A DNA stretch of 64,000 nt, from positions 1,568,001-1,632,000 of the forward strand of contig CAWBZI010000001.1 of the NCBI GenBank assembly GCA_963793265.1, given 5' to 3'. The position numbers and the translations under genes were made by a program. How positions within the stretch are numbered: the stretch's first letter is position 1; every line of letters begins with the position of its first letter. The notes below the pieces were generated by a model. It was given only the letters and a program-made list of their open reading frames with translations. It was not told the origin of the DNA and ran no database searches. Positions 43,540-51,773 of the stretch are shown piece after piece. Source of the stretch: an uncultured cyanobacterium (GTDB taxonomy: Bacteria; Cyanobacteriota; Cyanobacteriia; Phormidesmidales; Phormidesmidaceae).

Positions 43540-44187
43540 ATGGATTTAACGATTGACTGCACCCAGCGCGCCTCGGACGAAAAGACCAAAAAGCTCCGTC
43601 GCGAAGGCACTTTGCCCGCCGTACTCTACGGACACGACGGCACTAACTCTGTAGCGCTCAAGCTCAGCAACTACGACGCCGAAGCGCTATTGCGCAAAGC
43701 CAGCGTCAACAAATCAGTCATCACAGTTAACGTGACTGATATGCCTTGGAGCGGCAAGGTCATCTTGCGCGAAGTGCAAAAGCACCCCTGGAAAAACAAG
43801 ATTCATCACCTCAGCTTTTTCTCCATTGCCTCACAGGACTTTATTGAAGTCAGTATGCCTATCAACTTTGTAGGCGAGGCCGTTGGTGTCACTAACCAGG
43901 GCGGCACGCTAGACATGGTAATGACCGAAGTCCAGCTCAAGTGCCCACCCGATGCGATTCCTCAGTCACTTGATGTAGATGTGTCTGCTTTGGATATCGG
44001 TGATGCGCTTCACGTAGGCGAAATTACGCTTCCTAAAGGCAGCTCTATTGCCGCTGATGACAAGCTGCTAGTGGTTTCTGTGCTTGCACCTCGCACAACG
44101 ACGCTTGAAGAGGAAGACGCAGCAGAAGATGCAGCAGCGGTAGCACCTGCTGAAGGCGAGGCCCCTGAAGCTGAAGCTGCACCATAA
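43540..44187 (+). CDS. rplY: 50S ribosomal protein L25 / Ctc
   Basis: LRREG.LPAVLYG, REVQ.HP, GEAVGV..GG, DVS.L.IGD.LHV. Confidence 0.95.
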   Translation: MDLTIDCTQRASDEKTKKLRREGTLPAVLYGHDGTNSVALKLSNYDAEALLRKASVNKSVITVNVTDMPWSGKVILREVQKHPWKNKIHHLSFFSIASQDFIEVSMPINFVGEAVGVTNQGGTLDMVMTEVQLKCPPDAIPQSLDVDVSALDIGDALHVGEITLPKGSSIAADDKLLVVSVLAPRTTTLEEEDAAEDAAAVAPAEGEAPEAEAAP

Positions 44188-44227
44188 CAGAATGGCTTGA
44201 GTTATCTAAAACTCATCACACATTAGC

Positions 44228-44270
44228 AAAGGGCTAGGGATCAACATTCCTAGCCCTTTCGCTTTTCTTT
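44228..44270 (+). terminator. Rho-independent terminator
   Basis: AAAGGGCTAGGGA...TTCCTAGCCCTTT followed by T runs. Confidence 0.75.
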
Positions 44271-44382
44271 GGTGTCTATATATTCCTATCTAATTCGTAT
44301 ATAAGGGTGTGCGCTCGCTAGCTGGCATAATGGCTGGGCTCGAACCGTGTTCACACGCCCCTAATAGCTCTCACTAACAGCC

Positions 44383-45429
44383 ATGACTGACTCTGCACTT
44401 CCGGCCCTCGTTCAACAAATGCTCAAGCCGGATTTTTATCCCCATCCGGTCACCGAGCCGATCAAACTCATGCAGACGCACGTCTCTCAAGTGCTGCTGA
44501 CCGGCGACTACGTTTACAAGCTCAAAAAGCCCGTCAACTTCGGCTTTTTAGACTACGACACCCTAGCCAAGCGCAAGCACTTTTGCGAAGAGGAAATCAA
44601 GCTTAACCAACGAGGCGCTGGTAGCTTGTACTTGGGCGTTGTAGCGCTTACCCAAGACGGCGACAAAGTTGTAATTGATGGCGATGGCGAAGCGGTAGAG
44701 TACGCGGTTAAGATGCGTCAGTTTCCACAGTCGGCGCTGCTCAGCGATCAGTTTGAGCGCGGGCTGCTAGATGAAAAAAAGGTACGTGAGCTAGCGACGA
44801 CCATTGCTCAGTTTCACGGCAAAACGGAAACAAACGAGCACATCCGTACTTATGGAACGGTTGCGGCCATTCGACAGGCTTTTGATGAAAACTACGAGCA
44901 AACGGTAGGATTTGTCGGCGGAGATGATATCACGAAGCCTCAGACGCAAAAGCAGTTTGACGAGACAAAGGCATATACCGACAGTTTTTTTGATGAGCAG
45001 GCCGACCTTTTTCAAAAAAGGCTAGATCAAGACCGCATTCGCGCTTGTCACGGCGACCTGCACTTAGGCAATATCTGCGAATGGGAAGACCAAATATATC
45101 TATTTGACTGCATCGAGTTCAACGAGCCGTTTCGCTTCGTCGATACGATGTACGACGTAGCCTATATCGTGATGGATTTAGAGCTAGCAGGCCGCAGCGA
45201 CCTCAGCAAGATCTTTCTAAACCAATATGTAGAAGAGACAGGCGATTACGAAGGGCTAGAGATTTTGCCTTTGTACGTTAGCCGTCAGTCTTATGTGAGA
45301 GGAAAGGTGACTTCCTTTATGCTGGGCGATCCGTCTGTGTCTGAGGCAGATCAAAAGGCTGCGAGCGAAAGGGCGGCTAAGTACTACAAGCTGGCCTGGT
45401 CTTACGTGCAAAAAAAAACGGTAGCTTAG
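44383..45429 (+). CDS. APH-like phosphotransferase, N-terminal part of a frameshifted bifunctional protein
   Basis: QTHVS, YKLKKPV.FGFLD, CHGDLHLGNI, FDCIEFN..FR..D. Confidence 0.85.
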   Translation: MTDSALPALVQQMLKPDFYPHPVTEPIKLMQTHVSQVLLTGDYVYKLKKPVNFGFLDYDTLAKRKHFCEEEIKLNQRGAGSLYLGVVALTQDGDKVVIDGDGEAVEYAVKMRQFPQSALLSDQFERGLLDEKKVRELATTIAQFHGKTETNEHIRTYGTVAAIRQAFDENYEQTVGFVGGDDITKPQTQKQFDETKAYTDSFFDEQADLFQKRLDQDRIRACHGDLHLGNICEWEDQIYLFDCIEFNEPFRFVDTMYDVAYIVMDLELAGRSDLSKIFLNQYVEETGDYEGLEILPLYVSRQSYVRGKVTSFMLGDPSVSEADQKAASERAAKYYKLAWSYVQKKTVA

Positions 45430-45434
45430 TCGCG

Positions 45435-45935
45435 ATGGCAGGGCTGTCGGGCTCAGGGAAAAGTACGACAGCTCAGAATTTGGCAGTGCAGGCAGGGGCG
45501 ATTCGGCTGCGTTCAGATGCGATTCGGAAGCATTTGGCGGGGGTGCCGCTGCACGAAAAAGCGGGGGATGAAATCTATACTCCGGCGATGAGCGATAAGA
45601 CCTACACGCGCTTAATTGAGCTGGGCGTTGAGCTGGCGAGGTTGGGATATTCGGTGATTTTGGACGCTAAATTTGACCGGCAGGCTAAGCGGAAAGAGGC
45701 GATCGCACTCACCCAAGCCAAAAACATCCCCCTCACCTTTCTACACTGCACCGCGCCCGCTGATGTTCTAAAAGCCAGAGTTACCGCCCGTACAGGCGAC
45801 ATTGCCGACGCCACGGCTGATATTTTAGCCAAGCAGTCTATGGAGCCGTTTAGCGCTGAGGCAACTGTGAAAACAATAGATACAACCCTTAGCGAAGATG
45901 AAATTCAGGAGCAGCTTGCCAAGGTGTTCGCGTAA
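45435..45935 (+). CDS. AAA_33 / gluconate-kinase-like P-loop domain, C-terminal part of the same gene
   Basis: GLSGSGKST, RSD..RK.LAG, VILDA; joins the upstream ORF in the -1 frame at the A9 tract. Confidence 0.85.
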   Translation: MAGLSGSGKSTTAQNLAVQAGAIRLRSDAIRKHLAGVPLHEKAGDEIYTPAMSDKTYTRLIELGVELARLGYSVILDAKFDRQAKRKEAIALTQAKNIPLTFLHCTAPADVLKARVTARTGDIADATADILAKQSMEPFSAEATVKTIDTTLSEDEIQEQLAKVFA

Positions 45936-46041
45936 GCGCATCTAGAATAATGAAACCGATTACAACCGAACCGGCTACGCGGTATAGCTTCGGGCTATAT
46001 TGAGGGCACTTAATATATAGAAATCAACTGGATTAGGTACC

Positions 46042-46380
46042 TTGGCTGATTTAATCATCCCAGCAGCTTTACAGATTTGGCTGGTCTTTTTACTTGTATT
46101 TGCGCTTTTGGGCTACCCAGTGCCTTTCAGCATCGTATTTGGTGCCATTGGCGGTATTGCAGGCGGCATCGCTACGGCCTGGTGGCAAATTAAAGGCGGC
46201 GCGCCTGCCGATCCAAAAGGAGATGCCAAGAATCGCCCGCCCGTCGATAAGCTAGAGCCGCCCGAAACTTACGTGCCAGAATCTTCCTCACGATGGGATT
46301 TGCCTTTCTTTAGGCCCGGTAAGTCAAGGCAGCGGTATATGGAAAGAACCAGAAGGGCTCGGCACAGGAGGCTAAGATAA
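46042..46380 (+). CDS. Hypothetical membrane protein
   Basis: Two TMs (FGAIGGIAGG...WW) and a basic tail. Confidence 0.6.
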   Translation: MADLIIPAALQIWLVFLLVFALLGYPVPFSIVFGAIGGIAGGIATAWWQIKGGAPADPKGDAKNRPPVDKLEPPETYVPESSSRWDLPFFRPGKSRQRYMERTRRARHRRLR

Positions 46381-46436
46381 GCCACTGTTCGGCGCACTCA
46401 AAGGCGGATCGAATGCATGTGGTTTCAACTTAAGAT

Positions 46437-47228
46437 ATGTTCTTTCTTTCTAAGCTACTCCCTCTGTTTATTTATCCAGTGGGTCTTAGCTGTTTGCTAA
46501 TGGCACTCGGGCTCGTGTGGCTGTGGCGCTATCCCAGGCGGGCAAGTTGGGCGATCGCACTCTCCTTTTTCATTCTCTTTTTCACCAGCAACCCCATCGT
46601 CAGCGACAAATTCGTCAGCACCCTAGAATGGCGCTACTTCCCCCTCGACCCGATCCCCACAGCGGACGCGATTGTGGTGTTAGGTGGTGCGACTGCCCCC
46701 GCATCAGCGCCGCGGCCTTGGGTGGAAGTACTGGAGGCAGGCGATCGCATCCTCTACGGCGCACGTCTCTACAACCAAAAGCAGGCCCCCAAACTCATCC
46801 TCAGCGGCGGACGCATCTCGTGGCGCGGCGACAGCGGCCCCTCAGAAGCCGACGACATGAAAGAATTTGCCCTGGCAATGGGCGTCCCTGAATCAGCCAT
46901 CGTGTTAGAAGGCGACTCGCTCAACACCCGGCAAAATGCCGTTAATGTCAAAAAAATTCTAGACGCGCAGTCAATAAAATCTGTGCTGCTGGTGACTTCA
47001 GCGATCCATATGCCGCGTTCGGCAGCTATTTTCAAAAAGCTTGGGATCGATGTGATTCCTGCGCCGACGGACTATTTGGTGGCTACGGACGCTTACCGAA
47101 GTATTACGTCCACTTGGCAGGGGTGGTTGCTTGCCCTAGTGCCAGATTCGGAGGCGATCGCACACTTCACTAGAGCCCTCAAAGAATATGTGGGTTTCAC
47201 AATATATCGCCTACGCGGCTGGGTCTAA
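46437..47228 (+). CDS. YdcF / DUF218 family protein
   Basis: AIVVLGG, LSGG, SEA..M, S.NT.QNA, LVTSA.HMPR, KEY.G. Confidence 0.92.
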   Translation: MFFLSKLLPLFIYPVGLSCLLMALGLVWLWRYPRRASWAIALSFFILFFTSNPIVSDKFVSTLEWRYFPLDPIPTADAIVVLGGATAPASAPRPWVEVLEAGDRILYGARLYNQKQAPKLILSGGRISWRGDSGPSEADDMKEFALAMGVPESAIVLEGDSLNTRQNAVNVKKILDAQSIKSVLLVTSAIHMPRSAAIFKKLGIDVIPAPTDYLVATDAYRSITSTWQGWLLALVPDSEAIAHFTRALKEYVGFTIYRLRGWV

Positions 47229-47271
47229 CCGCTAGGATAAAAGCATAGCCCCTCACCCAGCTTCTGCCCGT

Positions 47272-47508
47272 ATGCTCGAATATTTGTTGCCGAAGTCAGC
47301 AGCCGAAATCCAGTGGATAGAGGAATCGCTACAGCTTCAGCAAGCCGCTCAAGAATTCCGCATGGAAGTAGAGAAGCGGGAAGTTGAAGAAGCCTACTGC
47401 CAGTGGTATTACGACATGGCAAAGCAAACTCAGGCCGAGGCAGCAGCGATGAAGAATGATCCTAATTTTTTCGGTTGGTTCTGTGGCTTGAAAAGAAGGA
47501 AACTCTGA
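47272..47508 (+). CDS. Small hypothetical protein
   Basis: EFR.EV..R...E.YCQWYY..A......M..D.N.FGWF looks like a conserved cyanobacterial family. Confidence 0.7.
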   Translation: MLEYLLPKSAAEIQWIEESLQLQQAAQEFRMEVEKREVEEAYCQWYYDMAKQTQAEAAAMKNDPNFFGWFCGLKRRKL

Positions 47509-47862
47509 ATGAATTCAACGATGCAAGCGATACCCAGCATGGAAGAAGGTGTTGAACTATTGGCAGCTCGCTATCTGCCACAAAGCCGAGAGCTTGAGAT
47601 CACATTCAATACAGGGGCTCTGTATCGCTGGCCAGTTGATTCACTGCAAATGCAGGAGAAAACAGCTAGCGGGTGGCAAAGCATTTCACCACCAACAAAT
47701 GAGCAGCTAGCTAATGTCAGACTATGGCCACATAAGGAAGTTGTAGAGTTTACTGATATTGAGCAGTACTTTGAAGTTGCGGCACTAATGCGCGGACAGC
47801 TTGGTTCTAGGCGGTGGATGAACCATCTATTATCGAAGGCTGAAAATTATGGAAAGTTATAA
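47509..47862 (+). CDS. DUF2442-like antitoxin
   Basis: ARY......L.I.F.TG, EQL..V.L, L..G.LGSRRWM. Confidence 0.7.
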   Translation: MNSTMQAIPSMEEGVELLAARYLPQSRELEITFNTGALYRWPVDSLQMQEKTASGWQSISPPTNEQLANVRLWPHKEVVEFTDIEQYFEVAALMRGQLGSRRWMNHLLSKAENYGKL

Positions 47863-48073
47863 CGCTTTGAATATGCTAGAGCGTCAGCCGGATAGGGTGA
47901 GTGGTGCATGGGTGTTTAAGGGAACTCGTGTTCCTATATCGGCCCTTTTCGAGAATCTCAAAGATGGGGCTTCAATTGATCAATTTCTGGAATGGTTTCC
48001 GGGTGTGAGCCGTACGCAAATAGAGGCACTCTTAGACTATGAACTTGCAACGCTAGAGAAAACCGTCAGATAG
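47849..48073 (+). CDS. DUF433 antitoxin
   Basis: P.RVSGAWVFKGTRVP..ALFENL..GA.I..FLEWFPGV. Confidence 0.88.
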   Translation: MESYNALNMLERQPDRVSGAWVFKGTRVPISALFENLKDGASIDQFLEWFPGVSRTQIEALLDYELATLEKTVR

Positions 48074-48204
48074 TGAAGGTTCTTTTCGACCAGGGTACGC
48101 CTGTGCCGCTACGCCGCTATCTATCAACACACGAGATCGATACAGCTTACGAACGAGGTTGGTCAGAACTATCTGACAGTCTCGTTGAAGCACAAACAAT
48201 CTGA
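48073..48204 (+). pseudogene. Truncated DUF5615 / PIN-like toxin
   Basis: Not in the track. GTG overlaps the DUF433 stop; MKVLFDQGTPVPLRRYLSTHEIDTAYERGWSEL then stop at 43 aa. Confidence 0.75.
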
Positions 48205-48225
48205 AGCCGCTAATCTGATTCAGTC

Positions 48226-48507
48226 TTAAGTTGCCTGCGATCGCCACCAGTCGGCAGCTACTGCGAAATCTACTGTTTCCGTAAGGCAAGTAACACCTGC
48301 GCGAGTTCCATCTAAAAACTCGTAGTCGGCAGAAGTTGCATCCGATAGCTCCTCAAATTCACTGGTAGGAACACGAGCAGTTTTGCCATCTTGAAAAGTA
48401 ACTACTATCTCATCAGTCTCGTCGTCGTAGCGAGCGGCAGTCAAATCGGTTGGTAGTGGACTAGGTGCTGAGATAACAGCATCATATGTTAGCTGACTTA
48501 AAGTCAT
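48226..48507 (-). CDS. DUF2442-like protein
   Basis: ARYD.....I.V.F.DG....VP......L..AT; start chosen at ATG 48507. Confidence 0.6.
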   Translation of the reverse strand: MTLSQLTYDAVISAPSPLPTDLTAARYDDETDEIVVTFQDGKTARVPTSEFEELSDATSADYEFLDGTRAGVTCLTETVDFAVAADWWRSQAT

Positions 48508-48621
48508 GCATTTTCTCCATAGATTGAGTCCCAGATTTCCCAAGCTTTATCAAGGTTTTGTATCAAAATCTCTACATATGCATCTATTGACGTACTGCAA
48601 AGAGTGATGTCTATCAAAGCA

Positions 48622-50046
48622 TCAATGCCTCACCAGCTTCACCATAAAGAAGCCGTCCATATGCTGACGGTGAGGCCATACTTTTATCCAACCCTCTTCC
48701 GTTGCGGGCAGAGCAAAGTTTACATCAGGGGGCTGAATCTCCCAGCCCTCATGCTCGCTCAAAAACCACTGAACCTGCTCTTCATTTTCGGCAGGATGCA
48801 GCGTACAGGTTGAATACACCATCGCACCGCCCGGCTTTACCCAAGTAGAGACATGGCTTAATAGCTCCCTTTGCAAAGTTACGAGCCCTTCAACGCTCTC
48901 AGGCGTTTGTCGCCAACGGGCATCGGCGTGGCGGTTTAAGGTGCCTAGCCCAGAGCAAGGTACGTCGAGTAATACGCGGTCAGCTTTGCCAGCAAAAGTC
49001 GGCTGGTTGCGGCTGTCACACATCAGCGGACGGACAATAGTTGAGCCTATGCGGTCGATGTTTTGTTGGATTTTTTTGGTGCGGGAGGCTGTGCGATCGC
49101 AGCTCCAAACCATGCCCTTCTCGCCCATCAGCTCAGCTATATGCAAACTCTTGCCACCCGGCGCACCACAGGCATCAATCACCGTCTCACCCGGCTGCGG
49201 GTCAAGCAAATATCCGACTAGCTGAGCGCTACTATCTTGCACAGCCCACCAGCCCTCGTCATAACCCGGCAGTGCAGAAACCGCGCCATGTCGCCCTTTA
49301 ACCCTCAGCGCTGAAGGCACCGCCTCAACAGGTTCCACCTCAATATCAGCCGCCTTGAATATCTCTATGGCCTCAGATAAAGCATGCCGCTTCAAGTTGA
49401 TTCGCAAATCGAGCGCAGGCGGCTGATTGAACCATTCGCACAGCTCAGCGACTTCTGCATCCGGCAGCATTGACTGCCAAACGCGCACCATCCAGTTGGG
49501 ATAGCTGTGCAGAATGCCGAGCTGCTGAGTTGGATTATTAGGAAGTTCAAGCGGGTCAACCGCCGCCTCAGAACTGCTCCGGCGGATGTACTCACGCAAC
49601 ATGGCGTTCACGACGCCGCTGAGCTTCCCGAGCTTTTGTGACTTTGCAAGCTGTACTGTCGTATCGACTACCGCGTGATCGGGCACATGGGATAGATAGC
49701 GAAGCTGATAGAAGCCAATTCGTAGGATTTGAAGTAGGTCGGCCTGCTGCTTGCTTACGGCGCGATCGCCAAGCTGCCCAATTAGTGTATCCAGCGTACG
49801 TCTTCGCCTGACCGTGCCATACACTAGCTCAGTAACGAAGCCTTTATCTTGAGCGCTCAAATCGGATTCGTTGAGCTTGCGATCTAACACCACATCAGCA
49901 AAAGCGCCCCGGTCAATAGCTCGGAGCGCTTCAAAAGCTATTTGCCTGGCTGTCTTACCTACTGCGGTAGAAGCTGGCTTTTTGTTTCTAGGGCGTGACT
50001 TACGTTCAGATTTCGGGACGAGCTTGGGCTTTTGATTCACGGGCAT
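48622..50046 (-). CDS. rsmB: 16S rRNA m5C967 methyltransferase RsmB/Sun
   Basis: NusB-like N-terminus, VQD.SAQ, DACGAPGGKS, LLDVPCSGLG, VYSTCT, MDGFF. Confidence 0.95.
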   Translation of the reverse strand: MPVNQKPKLVPKSERKSRPRNKKPASTAVGKTARQIAFEALRAIDRGAFADVVLDRKLNESDLSAQDKGFVTELVYGTVRRRRTLDTLIGQLGDRAVSKQQADLLQILRIGFYQLRYLSHVPDHAVVDTTVQLAKSQKLGKLSGVVNAMLREYIRRSSSEAAVDPLELPNNPTQQLGILHSYPNWMVRVWQSMLPDAEVAELCEWFNQPPALDLRINLKRHALSEAIEIFKAADIEVEPVEAVPSALRVKGRHGAVSALPGYDEGWWAVQDSSAQLVGYLLDPQPGETVIDACGAPGGKSLHIAELMGEKGMVWSCDRTASRTKKIQQNIDRIGSTIVRPLMCDSRNQPTFAGKADRVLLDVPCSGLGTLNRHADARWRQTPESVEGLVTLQRELLSHVSTWVKPGGAMVYSTCTLHPAENEEQVQWFLSEHEGWEIQPPDVNFALPATEEGWIKVWPHRQHMDGFFMVKLVRH

Positions 50047-50105
50047 TCACTCATCAGCAAAATTTGCGAACTTAAGGGCACTGTCTGGCGACTGCCTTAT
50101 TACGA

Positions 50106-50297
50106 CTACTTCCTACGGCCACCTCTTAAGTTAGGCGGTAGCGCATCTAATTCTCTACCGCGTCTGCGGCGATCGCGCCATTCCACCGCCGTCAGGTAGC
50201 CCACACCAAGGGTCACCACAATTAATAGCAAGAAAGCCAGCGCGGCCAAAACGGTCAGTAGCTGACTTTCTAATGCTGCATTTAACAGAGAATCCAC
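50106..50297 (-). CDS. Small single-TM hypothetical protein
   Basis: TM followed by GVGYLT.VEWRDRRRR; downstream of petN. Confidence 0.7.
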   Translation of the reverse strand: MDSLLNAALESQLLTVLAALAFLLLIVVTLGVGYLTAVEWRDRRRRGRELDALPPNLRGGRRK

Positions 50298-50352
50298 AGC
50301 CTAATACTCAAAACTCGACAACAAATGGGTGCTGTAGTTAGGTCTACAAAAT

Positions 50353-50442
50353 CTAGAAGCCGTTGCGGCCCCAAATCACCATGGAGATAGAAAAAGTGAA
50401 GCAGCCCAACAGTGAAACCCAGCCCAAAGTCAAAATATCCAT
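50353..50442 (-). CDS. petN: Cytochrome b6f subunit VIII
   Basis: Not in the track. Manual translation [29 protein letters not shown] (29 aa). Confidence 0.95.
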   Translation of the reverse strand: MDILTLGWVSLLGCFTFSISMVIWGRNGF

Positions 50443-50541
50443 AATAAAAGCGTCAATGTCTTCAGCTTCTATCATACGGTAAAGCTAGGCCCTTGAATGG
50501 CTAAGACCAAAAGAACTTAACCCAAATCGTTCAGTCAATAT

Positions 50542-51000
50542 ATGGATGGAATGAGCGCAAGCACGTCAGGAACAACCCCATCAGAAATGTCCATTGCCCA
50601 AATGCGAATGGAGTCTGTTAAAGCAGGGCTTTTGGGCGCTGGGGCTGTTGGGGTTGCAGCTATTGTGGCCTGGTTAGGAATGTCACTGGCCGGATTGCAG
50701 TCGGATAGCTCACTGATTGAGTGGCTGGTGAATTTAGCGGTGGCGCTGAGTTCTGGCTTTTTCTTTGGTGTTAGCTATCGCTATATTGTGCGGCGCGATG
50801 ACAATTTGCACTTGGGTAGCGGGGCTGTGGGGGCGTTTGCGTTTGTGCGATCGCTCGCCCAAATAGAAGCCACCTGGACAGACTCCTTCACCCTCCTCCT
50901 GTGGCTACTGATCACAGGCGAAAGCTTCCTATGGTTCGCTGCTGCCCGCTACACCTTGGACTGGGCCATTCGCAAAGGTTGGATAAATCCGCTCGACTAA
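50542..51000 (+). CDS. Hypothetical membrane protein
   Basis: R.ES.KAG, FFGVSYRYIVR.D.N.HL.SGAV.AF..VR.LAQ. Confidence 0.7.
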   Translation: MDGMSASTSGTTPSEMSIAQMRMESVKAGLLGAGAVGVAAIVAWLGMSLAGLQSDSSLIEWLVNLAVALSSGFFFGVSYRYIVRRDDNLHLGSGAVGAFAFVRSLAQIEATWTDSFTLLLWLLITGESFLWFAAARYTLDWAIRKGWINPLD

Positions 51001-51025
51001 AGGGTAGAGCTAAGCCGAGTCGAAG

Positions 51026-51691
51026 TCACAGTTCAAAAACCTTAAAAGCCTTATCACTTCGTTTCATCGACAGATCAATCGCTGAAAATATCTTATTTAC
51101 AGCCTTATCGCTCCCCAAACATTCCACCGCTAGCGTTGCCACCGCCGCCCTGGGAATAGAACCGGCTACTGTCGGATCTTCAGTCAAAACGGCTTGCCCT
51201 GTCACGGGTTCAGACAGCAAACCGCCCGGACGAATTACCGTGTAGTCCAAGCCACTATCGGCCAGATGTTTCTCAGCCTGAGCTTTCTCTTTGAGTACAG
51301 GGCCGAGCGTTTCTATTACATTTGGCGGCAGCGCCTGCTCGCTATCACCGCTGCCAATAGAGCTGATGAGAATAAATCGTTTGGCCTGAGCGGCAACCGC
51401 AGCGTCAATCAGGTTTTTATTACCCTGAAAGTCAGCGCGAACGCCGCCATCGCTCGGTAGTCCTCCAATCGTACTCACCACCGCATCAGGTGAATGCTCC
51501 GTGACTAGCTGCTTCATCAGCTCAGCTTCTAAGGCATCGCCTTTTACCACCGTGACGCCCATTCCTGTAAGTTCGGGTTTAGCGCGATCACTCCGCAACA
51601 GCGCCACCACCTCATGCCCCGCCACCACTAGCTGCTTTGCAATCTCACGGCCTACGCCCTGACTAGCTCCTGCTAAAAAAATACGAGTCAT
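51026..51691 (-). CDS. Atypical SDR / NAD(P)H-binding oxidoreductase
   Basis: IFLAGASQGVG, GNKNLIDAA, YTVIRPGGL; start chosen at ATG 51691. Confidence 0.88.
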   Translation of the reverse strand: MTRIFLAGASQGVGREIAKQLVVAGHEVVALLRSDRAKPELTGMGVTVVKGDALEAELMKQLVTEHSPDAVVSTIGGLPSDGGVRADFQGNKNLIDAAVAAQAKRFILISSIGSGDSEQALPPNVIETLGPVLKEKAQAEKHLADSGLDYTVIRPGGLLSEPVTGQAVLTEDPTVAGSIPRAAVATLAVECLGSDKAVNKIFSAIDLSMKRSDKAFKVFEL

Positions 51692-51773
51692 ACGTATGCC
51701 TACACCATTAAAACTAGATATACAAATATCCTGATAGTTCAACTGTAGCGCTCAGACAGAGTTTAGATAGCGC

